From: Gammaproteobacteria bacterium
GTDB lineage: Bacteria > Pseudomonadota > Gammaproteobacteria > CAJXQU01
NCBI GenBank assembly: GCA_965224825.1
Contig: CBDDAG010000003.1
Coordinates: 11,297 to 75,296, forward strand
Length of the DNA: 64,000 nucleotides
Direction of reading: 5' to 3'
Part shown: piece by piece, positions 10,424 through 21,226 of the stretch
Numbering within the stretch: position 1 is the first letter of the stretch
Layout: each line of letters begins with the position of its first letter
The notes under the pieces: model-generated
The model's database searches: none
Told to the model about the DNA's origin: nothing
Seen by the model: the letters and a program-made list of their open reading frames with translations, nothing else
Position numbers and translations under genes: made by a program

Positions 10424-12718
10424 CTAAAATGATGTACCGAATGTGAACTGAAACGTTTGTGTTCGATCACTGACTTCATCATTAAATGGTTTTGCAATAC
10501 TTGCTGATAATACACCAAAAGGTGAGATCCAGATCCCAGACATACCCGCCGAGTATCTAATGTCTCCGATATCGAAATTATCATCGTCTATATCGTAGAC
10601 ATTACCTCCATCAATAAAGGCCGTCAAACGCAATGATTTAGATTCAGTAGCAAATGGGACTGGTAAAATCAACTCGGCATTACCAACCAGTTTCATATTA
10701 CCACCAATAGCTCGACCTGATGAGTCCTTCGGACCCAAGGTATTTTCCTCAAAACCACGGATAGAACGCGGCCCACCACCGTAAAAGTTTTCAAAAAATG
10801 GTAGTTTATCAGTCGCTCCATAACTATCACCATAGCCGACAGAACCCTTCAGCAAGAAAGTATAATTTTCAGCTAATGGGAAAAACCAACGTGTGTCGTA
10901 AGACAACTTGTAATAGCGTAGATCGCCAAATGGAATCGCTGCTTCAGCTCTCAGCCTGTGTAAAACACCTTTATCGGGAAGTATCGCTCTATTACGAGTG
11001 TCATAAGCAAAACTACTAGTGAGCCTTAACACATCAAACCTGTTGCCCTCTTTCGCAATAAAGTCCAGAACTTCATCTGATGAAAGACTATTCGTTGTAA
11101 GCTCGGTATTTTCGTAATCCAGCCCCAGATGCAGACGCTGAAATTCGGTAATAGGAATGCCAAAATTAACACCACCACCATAAACCGTCGAATCAAATCG
11201 GGTGATATTGGCATTTTCTGCGTTAGTTTCACGATAAAATGCGTCAAAGCCTCGACTAACACCGTCGACTGTCCAGTAAGGATTGGTGTAGCCAAGTCCG
11301 AATCGTCGATTTACCGCACTGTTATTGAAGTCAAAAGAGATCCGTTTACCACTACCCAGGAAATTGTCCTGAGTAATACTGGTATTGAAGATTAGCCCTT
11401 GAGATTGCGAAAAACCGAGCCCGAACAGTAAATTCCCTGAAGGTCTTTCCACGACAGAATAATTTACGTCGACCTGATCTGTAGTTCCTGGAACTGCTGG
11501 AGTTTCAACATTGACCGTTTCAAAATAGCCCAGACGCTGCAAACGAACTTTTGATCGCTCAACTTTTTGTGTTGAAACCCAACCACCTTCTGCCTGCCTC
11601 ATTTCTCGACGCAGAACTTCGTCTCTTGTTTTTGTGTTGCCGGTAAAATTAATGCGGCGTACATAAACACGCTTTCCTGGATCTATGAAATAGGTTAGCG
11701 CAACCTCATTCGTCTCATTATTGATCTCAGGAACAGCATTCACATTGGCAAAAGCATAACCTTCATCACCCAGTCGATCCGTCAGATTCGAGCTGGTTTT
11801 AGTGATAGCCTTACGTGAAAACACTTCGCCTTTATTCGTTAAAACGTGTTGAAAAAGCTCCTCTGCAGGCACGATAAGATCGCCAGACAATTTCACATTG
11901 GAAACTGAAAATTGTTCACCCTCGTTGATATTGATCGTGATATAAACATCGGCTTTATCTGGCGTAATTGAAACTTGGGTTGAGGCAATATTGAAATTGA
12001 TAAAACCGTGATCCAGATAAAGAGATTTTATCGTTTCAAGATCCGCACTTAGTTTCTGTTTTGAATATTGATCTTTCTTGGTGAAGAAAGAAAACATTGA
12101 CCCTGTGGATTGTTTAAATTTCTTCAGAATCTGTTTATCAGTGTAAGCAGTATTCCCAACAATATTGATCTCTTTGATCCTTGCGGCCTTTCCTTCAAAA
12201 ATGTTGATTCCAACCTGAACACGGTTGTCATCTTGTTTCTGCACATCGGTCGTAATTTTTGCACCATATTTACCCAGTGCGAAATATTGACGGTGCAATT
12301 CCTGCTCAACCTTATCCAGCAAAGAACGGTTGAAAACTTCACCTTCTGCAAAACCAACACTTCCCAAACCTTTCAACAGATCATCTTTCTTGATGTCCTC
12401 ATTACCTTCGATCGTGATTTTCGAGATAGCTTCACGTTCAACAAGCACGATCACCAGCACATTTCCCACACGCTCAAGGCTGACATCTTTGAAATAGCCA
12501 CTTTTAAACAATGCTTTTACAGTTTCGCTGGAACGCCGATCATTAAACTTATCGCCAATCTTAACCGGCATGTGATTGAAGACATTACCTGCGGAGACTC
12601 GGCTCAGGCCTTCAAGTCGAATATCTTGAATAACAAATTCCTCAATAGCCCAGGTACCGGGTGAGAATAAAGCTAAAAAGATCAGAATGTTGAAGTGTTT
12701 TATTATATTTTTATACAT
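10424..12718 (-). CDS. bamA: outer membrane protein assembly factor BamA
   Basis: 764 aa with signal peptide, POTRA-like N-terminal repeats and a C-terminal beta-barrel ending ..FQFTFGTSF. Confidence 0.95.
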   Translation of the reverse strand: MYKNIIKHFNILIFLALFSPGTWAIEEFVIQDIRLEGLSRVSAGNVFNHMPVKIGDKFNDRRSSETVKALFKSGYFKDVSLERVGNVLVIVLVEREAISKITIEGNEDIKKDDLLKGLGSVGFAEGEVFNRSLLDKVEQELHRQYFALGKYGAKITTDVQKQDDNRVQVGINIFEGKAARIKEINIVGNTAYTDKQILKKFKQSTGSMFSFFTKKDQYSKQKLSADLETIKSLYLDHGFINFNIASTQVSITPDKADVYITININEGEQFSVSNVKLSGDLIVPAEELFQHVLTNKGEVFSRKAITKTSSNLTDRLGDEGYAFANVNAVPEINNETNEVALTYFIDPGKRVYVRRINFTGNTKTRDEVLRREMRQAEGGWVSTQKVERSKVRLQRLGYFETVNVETPAVPGTTDQVDVNYSVVERPSGNLLFGLGFSQSQGLIFNTSITQDNFLGSGKRISFDFNNSAVNRRFGLGYTNPYWTVDGVSRGFDAFYRETNAENANITRFDSTVYGGGVNFGIPITEFQRLHLGLDYENTELTTNSLSSDEVLDFIAKEGNRFDVLRLTSSFAYDTRNRAILPDKGVLHRLRAEAAIPFGDLRYYKLSYDTRWFFPLAENYTFLLKGSVGYGDSYGATDKLPFFENFYGGGPRSIRGFEENTLGPKDSSGRAIGGNMKLVGNAELILPVPFATESKSLRLTAFIDGGNVYDIDDDNFDIGDIRYSAGMSGIWISPFGVLSASIAKPFNDEVSDRTQTFQFTFGTSF

Positions 12719-12764
12719 TATTTTTAAGCTATTTTTAGTAAAAAACCCTTCTCTCGATTAGCGA

Positions 12765-14126
12765 TCAGGAGAAGAGCCGCATGATGTCATTATAAAAGGC
12801 TACGCTCATCATTGCGACCAGCAAAAGCACCCCAATATTCTGTCCGGCAATCTGCACAGACTCGGAAACAGGTTTACCAATTACCAGTTCGACCAGGTAA
12901 TAAAGTAAGTGACCGCCATCGAGTATAGGAATGGGCAACAAATTAAGCACACCCAAACTAACACTGACGATAGCGAGAAATGAAAGGAATGCTGTGAGCC
13001 CAATAGTTGCTGACTGTCCGGCATATTGAGCAATGCTGATCGGACCACTGAGATTCTTGACCGACGCTTCTCCCATGATCATTTTCCCCATCAGCTTCAA
13101 TGTCAGGGCAGACATTTCCCATGTCTTCTTCACACCCTGTTTCAAGGCTGCCAATGGGCTATATTTTTCTGTACCAATATAAGCTTCATCCAGTTTTTTG
13201 ATCTGAACACCCGCTCCGATCTTACCAACGACCTTATCACCTTGCTCAACTCGCTCAGGTGTCAGCTGGATCATTATCTTATTCTGATCGCGCATTATTC
13301 CTGTCTGGATCGTTTTCTCGGGTCTGGCCTGTACATATCTAACCCATGCTTGCCAGGTCTCGATCGATTGTCCATCTGCGGAGACGATCACGTCTCCAGA
13401 TTTTATTCCTGCCTTTTCCGCAGCTCTGCCAGCAATAACCTGATCAATGACTGGTGGCAAAGGAAAACGCTTTGGACTAAAACCCAGCTCATCAAGAAGG
13501 TTTCCTTTTGAAAGATCGTCAATCTGAATGGATGACAGATCCATTTCCAGTTGTTTTTCATACCCAGCTTCATCGCGTACTTTTAAAGCCAGAGGTTCTC
13601 CATCGACAATTTTGTTAATACATTTCTGGATAAAAGCTGACCAGGTCGGCGTAGCATTGCCATCAACACCCAGTATTTCATGACCTTGCTCTATCCCGGC
13701 CAACGATGCGGGTGTACCGTCTATAACGCCACCGATCAGTGGTTTTGCACCAGAGACTCCCATGACGAACATTAACCAGTAGGCCGCGATTGCAAAGAGA
13801 AAGTTAAATAAAGGCCCCGCAATGACAACAGCGATCCGGTGTAAAACTGGTTGCGTATTAAAAGCTCGATGGCGTTGATAAGGTGCAACGACACCTTCCC
13901 GTTCATCTAGCATTTTGACATAACCACCCAGCGGAACGGCAGCAACTACAAATTCAGTATTATCTTTCCCGAATCGTTTCGACCAGAGAGGTTTTCCGAA
14001 GCCAACCGAAAAACGCAGGATCTTGATCCCCAGTTTTTTTGCCACCCAATAATGACCAAATTCATGGATTGTAACCAGAATCGCAATGGCCAGAATAAAG
14101 TAAAAAATGTTTTGTAAAATTTCCAT
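12765..14126 (-). CDS. rseP: RIP zinc metalloprotease RseP
   Basis: HEFGHYWVAKKLG (HExxH) in the first TM region, PDZ-like central part, C-terminal NLLPIPILDGGH motif. Confidence 0.93.
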   Translation of the reverse strand: MEILQNIFYFILAIAILVTIHEFGHYWVAKKLGIKILRFSVGFGKPLWSKRFGKDNTEFVVAAVPLGGYVKMLDEREGVVAPYQRHRAFNTQPVLHRIAVVIAGPLFNFLFAIAAYWLMFVMGVSGAKPLIGGVIDGTPASLAGIEQGHEILGVDGNATPTWSAFIQKCINKIVDGEPLALKVRDEAGYEKQLEMDLSSIQIDDLSKGNLLDELGFSPKRFPLPPVIDQVIAGRAAEKAGIKSGDVIVSADGQSIETWQAWVRYVQARPEKTIQTGIMRDQNKIMIQLTPERVEQGDKVVGKIGAGVQIKKLDEAYIGTEKYSPLAALKQGVKKTWEMSALTLKLMGKMIMGEASVKNLSGPISIAQYAGQSATIGLTAFLSFLAIVSVSLGVLNLLPIPILDGGHLLYYLVELVIGKPVSESVQIAGQNIGVLLLVAMMSVAFYNDIMRLFS

Positions 14127-14161
14127 ATTATTTATATTTTCATAACTCCATTTGATTCAGG

Positions 14162-15340
14162 TTACGACAAACCATTTATAGTCTCCAGAGCATATTCCCG
14201 TGCGTTAAGATCTGCCGCTAGTATAACGTCAATTGATTCTGCAGATCTGCCTTTTACAGCAGAAAGTGTCTCCTCTATGACCGCAGGGATTCCGGAAAAT
14301 TTCAAATCACCGGATAAAAAAGCTTCAACAGCGATTTCATTGGCCGCATTCAGGATTGTGGTCTTCGTTCCACCCGCATCCATCGCTTCGCTTGCCAGTC
14401 TCAGACATGGAAACCGATCAGGATCGGGACGTTCAAAATTCAGTTGTGCGATATCAAACAGATCAAGATCATCTACGCCAGAATCGATTCTTTCAGGCCA
14501 GCCCATCGCATATGCAATCGGCGTTCGCATATCAGGGTTCCCCAACTGCGCCAGAACCGAGCCATCGTTATATTGCACCATTGAATGGATCACGCTTTGT
14601 GAATGGATCACAACTTCAACATGCTTTGGATCCGTATCAAACAACCAGCACGCTTCGATCACTTCCAGCCCTTTGTTCATCATCGTCGCAGAATCAACAG
14701 AAATTTTGCGTCCCATCACCCAGTTTGGGTGAGCGACAGCCTGATCTGGTGTGACCGATTCCAGATCAGCAACAGGCGTGTTACGAAAGGGGCCACCAGA
14801 AGCTGTTAGCAGGATTTTGTTGATACCGGCTTTCTCATATCCTGCAGAATAATCGATTGGCATACTCTGGAAGATCGCATTATGTTCGCTATCGATAGGT
14901 AATAATTCTGCGTTATTTTCTTTGATCGCATCCATGAAAAGTTGGCCGGACATAACCAATGCTTCTTTGTTTGCGAGCATTACGCGTTTGCCAGCTTTTG
15001 CCGCCGCCAGCGTTGGTAACAATCCTGCCGCTCCGACAATTCCGGCCATGACGTAATCAGTTTCTTCCAACGCAGCGACACGTTTTAATCCAGCAATGCC
15101 TGAAAGAACTTCTGTTTCGCTGGCAATTTGTTTGAGTTTTTTATTGAGTTGATCAGCGCTGTCATCATCCGCCATCACGGCATAACGTGGTTTCCATTGC
15201 TGACATTGATCAAAAAGATCATCTACATTTTTGTTGGCAGTTAGTGCGGCTACGAAGAAACGTTGATGGTGGCGGGCGATAACGTCGAGTGTGTTAACAC
15301 CAATCGTACCAGTTGATCCGAGGATCGTAACTCCGATCAT
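14162..15340 (-). CDS. dxr: 1-deoxy-D-xylulose 5-phosphate reductoisomerase
   Basis: [14 protein letters not shown]-binding motif. 392 aa. Confidence 0.95.
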   Translation of the reverse strand: MIGVTILGSTGTIGVNTLDVIARHHQRFFVAALTANKNVDDLFDQCQQWKPRYAVMADDDSADQLNKKLKQIASETEVLSGIAGLKRVAALEETDYVMAGIVGAAGLLPTLAAAKAGKRVMLANKEALVMSGQLFMDAIKENNAELLPIDSEHNAIFQSMPIDYSAGYEKAGINKILLTASGGPFRNTPVADLESVTPDQAVAHPNWVMGRKISVDSATMMNKGLEVIEACWLFDTDPKHVEVVIHSQSVIHSMVQYNDGSVLAQLGNPDMRTPIAYAMGWPERIDSGVDDLDLFDIAQLNFERPDPDRFPCLRLASEAMDAGGTKTTILNAANEIAVEAFLSGDLKFSGIPAVIEETLSAVKGRSAESIDVILAADLNAREYALETINGLS

Positions 15341-16152
15341 GCAGGCATTCCGAGAAGGATCAGTCCTGCTGTGAAGATTGGAGCGGCGGCGGTCAGGCTA
15401 TCGATTCGATCCATAACACCACCATGTCCGGGGAGAATATTGCCGCTGTCTTTTTTGCCAGAAATTCGTTTTACAACACTCTCGGTGAGATCACCCAGAA
15501 CTGAAATCAATGCAGTTGCCAGACAAAGTAGAATCATTGCCGTTGAAATATTTTCTGATCCCATCAATTTAGGCAGGAACAACATGGCAATAAGCAGAAC
15601 CGCAACCAGTCCTCCGATCACACCTTCCCAGCTTTTTCCCGGGCTGATCTTGTCGGCCAATTTGTGACGGCCTAAAGCACGACCTGCAAAATATGCGCCG
15701 ATGTCTGCCGTCCAGATCAACGCTAACAGGAACAACACCCATTCTGATCCAAGGCCATGTAAATAAAGAATGCTCATCCAGGCAGGAACCAGTACCACGA
15801 ATCCGACGATCAGGAAAAGCCAGTTATTTTGTTTAGGCAATGATCCTTTTATTTGTGAGGAAACAATAACTATTAAGGCAATTAACCACCAAAGGCAGGC
15901 TACGATCAAAAATATATTCATCGATACTTTTGTGATTAATGGGTAACTAACAAACATCAACAATGCCGTTATCCCGGCATAAATCGCTCTTGATTGAAGA
16001 GATTCAAAACCTGAAAGCCCAGCCCATTCCCATGCTCCGATCAAGATAATCAGGCCAAGAATAATGGCAACAACAGGTGTAGATAAATAGTAAATCGCAC
16101 CAAGAACTAATGGCGCAAGAATCAGTGCGGTAATTATTCTTTGTTTAAGCAT
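15337..16152 (-). CDS. cdsA: phosphatidate cytidylyltransferase
   Basis: Polytopic membrane protein with C-terminal [28 protein letters not shown] signature. Confidence 0.9.
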   Translation of the reverse strand: MLKQRIITALILAPLVLGAIYYLSTPVVAIILGLIILIGAWEWAGLSGFESLQSRAIYAGITALLMFVSYPLITKVSMNIFLIVACLWWLIALIVIVSSQIKGSLPKQNNWLFLIVGFVVLVPAWMSILYLHGLGSEWVLFLLALIWTADIGAYFAGRALGRHKLADKISPGKSWEGVIGGLVAVLLIAMLFLPKLMGSENISTAMILLCLATALISVLGDLTESVVKRISGKKDSGNILPGHGGVMDRIDSLTAAAPIFTAGLILLGMPA

Positions 16153-16160
16153 TGTTGTTC

Positions 16161-16898
16161 TTATACATTTTTTTGGGCCTTCTCGATCTGCTCTCCAGTG
16201 CGACCAAAACGACGTTGCCTTGATGCAAAAGATGCTAAAGCGACATCAAAATCTTCATCATCAAACTCCGGCCAGAGCGTTTCGGTATAATATAGTTCAG
16301 TATAAGCTAATTGCCATAAAAGATAATTACTGATCCGCTGTTCGCCACCAGTGCGGATAAATAGATCGGGTTCGGGCAGATCGCTAATACAGGTATGTTG
16401 CTGAATGGCTTCTTCGGTGACATCTTCTGGTTTTATTTCACCATCAGCAACTTTTTGGGTAAGTTGTTGAACAGCCTGTGTAATATCCCAACGACCACCA
16501 TAATTCGCTGCGATCACTAATGTCAGGCCACTGTTGTTCTTTGTTAGATCTTCAGACTTAGCGATCAGCTTTTGCAGCTTTGGTGGCAAGGCAGTCATAT
16601 CACCGATCATGCGTAATCGAACATTATTCTTGTTAAGGCTTTTGACTTCCTGTTGCAGCGCTCGAACAAAAAGCTCCATTAATAAAGTCACTTCACCTTT
16701 TGGGCGACGCCAGTTTTCACTACTGAAAGCAAAGAGCGTCAAAACTTCGATACCTTTTTTACCACAGGCACGGACAGTTTTTCTAACGATATCAACACCG
16801 GCTCGATGTCCGGCGATTCTTGGGAGTTTTCTACTTTTGGCCCAGCGACCATTGCCATCCATGATGATGGCTACGTGTCGTGGAAGTGAATCTGTCAT
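16161..16898 (-). CDS. uppS: di-trans,poly-cis-undecaprenyl-diphosphate synthase
   Basis: HVAIIMDGNGRWAK motif. 245 aa. Confidence 0.95.
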   Translation of the reverse strand: MTDSLPRHVAIIMDGNGRWAKSRKLPRIAGHRAGVDIVRKTVRACGKKGIEVLTLFAFSSENWRRPKGEVTLLMELFVRALQQEVKSLNKNNVRLRMIGDMTALPPKLQKLIAKSEDLTKNNSGLTLVIAANYGGRWDITQAVQQLTQKVADGEIKPEDVTEEAIQQHTCISDLPEPDLFIRTGGEQRISNYLLWQLAYTELYYTETLWPEFDDEDFDVALASFASRQRRFGRTGEQIEKAQKNV

Positions 16899-16931
16899 GT
16901 GATTTTATAGATCAGTCTTTGAGAATCCAGA

Positions 16932-17489
16932 CTAAATTTCCATCAATTCTTTTTCTTTTTCGACCAGCAAATCTTCGATCTGCTTAACATTCGCATCAAT
17001 AACTTTCTGAACGCGATCTTCGCCCTTGCGCTCATCATCTTCAGAGATTTCTTTTTCTTTTAACAAGTCTTTAAAAGAGCTATTGGCATCACGGCGAATA
17101 TTGCGCAAAGCGACTTTTGTTTGTTCACCTTCGGCACGAACCACCTTGATCAAATCTTTACGACGCTCTTCTGTCAAAGGAGGCAATGGAATACGAATAA
17201 CTTCCCCGGCGGTATTGGGATTCAGTCCCAGATCAGAATTCATAATCGCTTTTTCAATTTCCTGCACCATCGGTTTTTCCCATGGTGTAAGACTTAAAGT
17301 ACGGGAATCCTGAACATTGATATTGGCAACCTGGCTCAGTGGAACCTGTGAACCGTAATAATCAACGGTGACGTGATCAAGGAGTGAAGGATGAGCTCGA
17401 CCCGTTCTGATCTTGGCCAGATCCAGTTTGAGTGAGTCTATGCTTTTGTTCATGCGAACATCCGCATCTTTTACAATTTCGTCTATCAT
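16932..17489 (-). CDS. frr: ribosome recycling factor
   Basis: 185 aa, typical RRF sequence (..[23 protein letters not shown]). Confidence 0.96.
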   Translation of the reverse strand: MIDEIVKDADVRMNKSIDSLKLDLAKIRTGRAHPSLLDHVTVDYYGSQVPLSQVANINVQDSRTLSLTPWEKPMVQEIEKAIMNSDLGLNPNTAGEVIRIPLPPLTEERRKDLIKVVRAEGEQTKVALRNIRRDANSSFKDLLKEKEISEDDERKGEDRVQKVIDANVKQIEDLLVEKEKELMEI

Positions 17490-17518
17490 TTTTTCACCCT
17501 CTTACTCAAATTGGTTAT

Positions 17519-17676
17519 GGAAGCTCTGATTAAGTCTGGTTGAATTTAGACTGCGATAAAATTGTACCAAACTTCTTCGAAATGAGCGGTAATAGTTGTT
17601 CTATTGCAGCGATTTTCGAAGAAGTTTGGGGCGATTTTAGCCAGTCTAAAACAATCACGACTTGATCAGAGCTTCC
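17519..17676. repeat. 158-bp imperfect inverted repeat (arms of about 64 nt, 31-nt loop) filling the pyrH-frr spacer
   Basis: Left arm 17519-17582 and right arm 17614-17676 pair as blocks: ggaagctctgatTaagtc / gacttGatcagagcttcc (17/18), ttagactg / cagtctaa (8/8) and ccaaacttcttcgaaa / tttcgaagaagtttgg (16/16). The loop holds a smaller hairpin (aatag..ctatt). Confidence 0.7.
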
Positions 17677-18399
17677 TTATGAAACCAGAGTACCTTCATT
17701 CTCACCCTGTGCTGCACGTAACATCGAACCTTTATCCATCATGTCTAAAACGCGCAGTGGCATTTCATTATCACGACAAAGCACAACCGCAGTTGCATCC
17801 ATTACCGCCAGTTTCTTCTCCAGCACTTCGTCATAACCCAGTTCGTCATAACGAACTGCATCAGCAACTTTTGCAGGATCCGCGGTATAAACGCCATCAA
17901 CTTTCGTCGCCTTGATCATCAGATCAGCTTTGATCTCGATCGCTCTAAGACTTGCGGCTGAATCGGTAGTGAAGAATGGATTGCCGGTTCCGGCAGCAAA
18001 GATCACAACACGTCCTTTTTCCAGATGACGAATTGCACGTCGGCAAATATAGTCTTCACAAATCTCGTAGATCTTGACCGCCGACATCACACGAGCAAAC
18101 ATGCCGTTTTGTTCGAGCTTATCCTGAATCGCCAGTGCATTGATCACGGTTGCCAGCATACCCATTTGATCGCCACTCACCCGGTTCATACCGCCCGCGG
18201 CCAGTCCTGCACCGCGGAAAATATTGCCGCCACCAATCACAATAGCGACCTGAATCCCGGCATCAATCATCGATTTAATTTCATCAGCAACATATTGCAT
18301 GACTTCAGGGTTTATCCCGTAATCATCTTCACCCATCAAAGCTTCACCACTTAATTTGATTAAAACGCGGCGGGGGTTATTGTCTGATGAACTGGTCAA
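17677..18399 (-). CDS. pyrH: UMP kinase
   Basis: [12 protein letters not shown]...[10 protein letters not shown] motifs. TTG start with a GAGGAAG SD 5 nt upstream. Confidence 0.95.
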   Translation of the reverse strand: MTSSSDNNPRRVLIKLSGEALMGEDDYGINPEVMQYVADEIKSMIDAGIQVAIVIGGGNIFRGAGLAAGGMNRVSGDQMGMLATVINALAIQDKLEQNGMFARVMSAVKIYEICEDYICRRAIRHLEKGRVVIFAAGTGNPFFTTDSAASLRAIEIKADLMIKATKVDGVYTADPAKVADAVRYDELGYDEVLEKKLAVMDATAVVLCRDNEMPLRVLDMMDKGSMLRAAQGENEGTLVS

Positions 18400-18441
18400 T
18401 GCTGCTTCCTCTCTGATTGATTATTCCGATTAATTTTTAAA

Positions 18442-19332
18442 TTAAGATTTTTTTGCTGCCTGAACCTGTGCCTCTACTTCAGCCGCATAATCTTCTTCTA
18501 CCTTCTCGATGCCTTCACCGACTTCATAACAGATGAACGATTTAACGCTAGCACTCGAAGCCGATAAAAGTTTGCCAACCGTTTGATCAGGATCTTTTAC
18601 AAATGGCTGACCAGTTAGTGTAATTTCAGCGACAAACTTCTTCATACGACCCGTGATCATCTTTTCAATGATTTCTGGTGGCTTGCCGCTTTCGGCCGCC
18701 TGCGCCATGAAGATGTCTTTCTCTTTTGCCAGTAGCGCCGGATCAACTTCGTCTTCGTTAACACAAACAGGACGAACAGCCGCGATATGCATCGCTACAT
18801 CTTTCGCCAGAGCATCATCGCCGCCTTCAAGTTCAACAACTGTACCAATGCGGGAGCCATGTAGATAAGAGCCCAGAAGGCCTCCGGTTGTTACTAGTTC
18901 AAAACGACGGATACTGATATTTTCACCAATTTTCGCTACCAGATTATCGCGGCTGATCGCCACGGTATCGCCACCGTCTTCCAGAGACAGCGCATTCAGC
19001 GCATCAATATCAGCAGGTTCGTTAGCCAGAATACATGCCGCAACTTTGTCAGAAAATGCCATGAAGTCATCAGACTTGGTCGCAAAGTCAGTTTCCGAGT
19101 TGATCTCAACCATGGCAACTTTCTTGCCACAACCTGAAGCTGCGATTCGAATCATACCTTCAGCAGCAACACGACCGGACTTTTTCTCTGCTTTCGCAGT
19201 ACCCGCCTTACGCATCATTTCAATGGCTGCGTCCAGATCACCATCACACTCTGTCAGTGCTTTCTTACATTCCATCATGCCAGCGCCGGTGCGCTCGCGT
19301 AGTTCTTTAACCATAGAAGCCGTTATCTGCAT
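18442..19332 (-). CDS. tsf: translation elongation factor Ts
   Basis: ITASMVKELRERTGAGMMECKKAL N-terminal UBA-like signature. Confidence 0.96.
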   Translation of the reverse strand: MQITASMVKELRERTGAGMMECKKALTECDGDLDAAIEMMRKAGTAKAEKKSGRVAAEGMIRIAASGCGKKVAMVEINSETDFATKSDDFMAFSDKVAACILANEPADIDALNALSLEDGGDTVAISRDNLVAKIGENISIRRFELVTTGGLLGSYLHGSRIGTVVELEGGDDALAKDVAMHIAAVRPVCVNEDEVDPALLAKEKDIFMAQAAESGKPPEIIEKMITGRMKKFVAEITLTGQPFVKDPDQTVGKLLSASSASVKSFICYEVGEGIEKVEEDYAAEVEAQVQAAKKS

Positions 19333-19366
19333 CTTGATTACCTCATTATTTGTTCGTTAGATGTGA

Positions 19367-20224
19367 TTACTCAGCTTTGTCAGGAGCGTCATCTGCAGCC
19401 GGAGCGTCTTCAGTTGCAGGTTCAGCAGCGGGCTCTTCAACAACAGCTTCTGGTTCACTCGTCTCAGCAACTTCTTCAACAACAGGCGCAGCTTCAGCAA
19501 CTTCAACATACTCACCCGTGCCTTCAGTAGCCGCACCAGGAATGACCAGACGACCATCAAGTACAGATTCAGCAGCAGCCTGCATGTAAAGTTTGATCGC
19601 GCTGATCGCGTCATCATTGCCTGGAATCACATAGTCAACGCCTTTAGGCTCGCAGTTTGTGTCGACAATAGCGACAACCGGAATACCCAGCTTGTTTGCT
19701 TCAGCGATCGCGATTTTCTCGTGACCTACATCGACAACAAACATGACATCAGGGATACCTTTCATATCCTTGATTCCGCCGATATTGTTTTCCAGCTTCG
19801 CCATTTCGCGAGTCAGCATCAGAGCTTCTTTTTTGGTGCGTCGATCGAGCGTGCCATTTTCCTGCATCTCTTCAAGCGCTTTCAGACGGTTGATTGATTG
19901 CTTAACCGTTTTGTAGTTTGTCAGCATTCCACCCAGCCAGCGACGGTTTACATAAGGCATGCCACATCGAATGGCTTCCTCTTTTACCGCGTCCTGTGCT
20001 GATCGTTTCGTGCCTACGAATAAGACGCTGCCTTTTTTGGAAGCAACCTTACCGATGAAATTGAGTGCATCATTGAATCGTGGAAGTGTTTCTTCGAGAT
20101 TGATGATATGAATTTTATTGCGTGCCCCAAAAATATACGGTGCCATTTTCGGATGCCAATATCGGGTCTGATGCCCGAAATGTACGCCTGCTTCAAGCAT
20201 TTGGCGCATACTTACGTCTGTCAT
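19367..20224 (-). CDS. rpsB: 30S ribosomal protein S2, with an acidic Pro/Ala/Glu-rich C-terminal extension
   Basis: [27 protein letters not shown]. The ATG at 20224 is preceded by AGGAGA, so the track's upstream start at 20254 is less likely. Confidence 0.95.
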   Translation of the reverse strand: MTDVSMRQMLEAGVHFGHQTRYWHPKMAPYIFGARNKIHIINLEETLPRFNDALNFIGKVASKKGSVLFVGTKRSAQDAVKEEAIRCGMPYVNRRWLGGMLTNYKTVKQSINRLKALEEMQENGTLDRRTKKEALMLTREMAKLENNIGGIKDMKGIPDVMFVVDVGHEKIAIAEANKLGIPVVAIVDTNCEPKGVDYVIPGNDDAISAIKLYMQAAAESVLDGRLVIPGAATEGTGEYVEVAEAAPVVEEVAETSEPEAVVEEPAAEPATEDAPAADDAPDKAE

Positions 20225-20458
20225 TAGATTTCTCCTGTCAGGGTTTAGGTTCACATACGCCCTGCCGCCGACCCCATGAACTTAAGTCATTCATGAAGCA
20301 CCCCAGCGAACAGTTTGGTGTATGCTCGTAGTTTATAAAATTTCTTGATCTTCACGCCCCGATCTTTTTATCGATAATCCGAAAAAAGATTAGTTGCTAA
20401 TCAAGCCGCGCATTTATAACATATATGCCTCTCAACAACAATTAAAACTAGATAAAAT

Positions 20459-21226
20459 ATGTCCGTAACCATCAAGACTCCTGAAGAGATCGAAAAAATG
20501 CGTACCGCCGGAAAACTGGCGGCTGATGTGCTGGAAATGATCGAACCTCATGTCGTACCCGGCATCACCACCAACGAGCTGGATCAGATCTGTCATGACT
20601 TCATGGTCAATGAGCAAAAAGTCATCCCTGCTCCGCTCAATTACAAGGGATTTCCCAAGTCAATTTGTAGCTCGGTCAACCATGTTGTCTGTCATGGGAT
20701 TCCCAACGATCGCAAGTTGAAAGATGGGGATATTGTTAATCTCGACATTACCGTGATCAGCGAGGAATATCATGGAGACACCAGCAAAATGTTTCTGGTG
20801 GGCAAACCCATACAGGCACGAAAAAGGATCTGTGACATCAGTCATGAATGTTTGATGATCGGGATTGATCTAGTCAAACCGGGCACATCTCTGGGCGATA
20901 TCGGCCATGCGATCCAGACTTATGCGGAAAAGAATAATTGCTCCGTTGTCAGGGAATATTGTGGCCATGGCATTGGCCGGGTTTTTCACGAAGATCCACA
21001 GGTTCTGCATTATGGTCAGGCCGGAACCGGTTTGGTTCTGGAAGCAGGAATGACTTTCACCATTGAGCCGATGGTCAACCTTGGTAAACGCCATGTTTCG
21101 AGCCTTCCCGATGGTTGGACGGTCGTCACCAAAGATCGAAAAATGTCTGCGCAATGGGAGCACACCATTTTAGTCACAGACACCGGCCATGAAGTGCTGA
21201 CCAGACGATCAGACGAAACATTTTGA
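20459..21226 (+). CDS. map: type I methionine aminopeptidase
   Basis: 255 aa. ..VCHGIPN..GDIVNLD..GHGIG..WEHT metal-ligand motifs. Confidence 0.95.
   Translation: MSVTIKTPEEIEKMRTAGKLAADVLEMIEPHVVPGITTNELDQICHDFMVNEQKVIPAPLNYKGFPKSICSSVNHVVCHGIPNDRKLKDGDIVNLDITVISEEYHGDTSKMFLVGKPIQARKRICDISHECLMIGIDLVKPGTSLGDIGHAIQTYAEKNNCSVVREYCGHGIGRVFHEDPQVLHYGQAGTGLVLEAGMTFTIEPMVNLGKRHVSSLPDGWTVVTKDRKMSAQWEHTILVTDTGHEVLTRRSDETF

Noticed and set aside
10360-10584. 74-aa minus-strand ORF bridging the bamA 3' end and the skp start.
   Set aside because: It is out of frame inside bamA and overlaps the skp ribosome-binding region. The product is not protein-like.
17604-17915. 103-aa plus-strand ORF spanning the inverted repeat and the pyrH 3' end.
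   Set aside because: It is antisense to the well-supported pyrH gene and starts inside the palindromic spacer. The composition is not protein-like.
365-20196. Numerous 60-160-aa antisense or out-of-frame ORFs in the track, including 365..643, 2630..2980, 8980..9315, 12110..12664, 13026..13511, 14277..14732, 16534..16902, 18025..18354, 19046..19360 and 20014..20196.
   Set aside because: Each lies entirely within a longer, homology-supported gene on the opposite strand or in another frame. None shows independent coding evidence.
20225-20458. Possible S2 autoregulatory leader structure upstream of rpsB (hairpin catgaa-N9-ttcatg at about 20274-20295, and gatcttttt..aaaaagat at about 20370-20400).
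   Set aside because: Short hairpins only. I cannot recall the family consensus well enough to match it, so it needs an Rfam scan.
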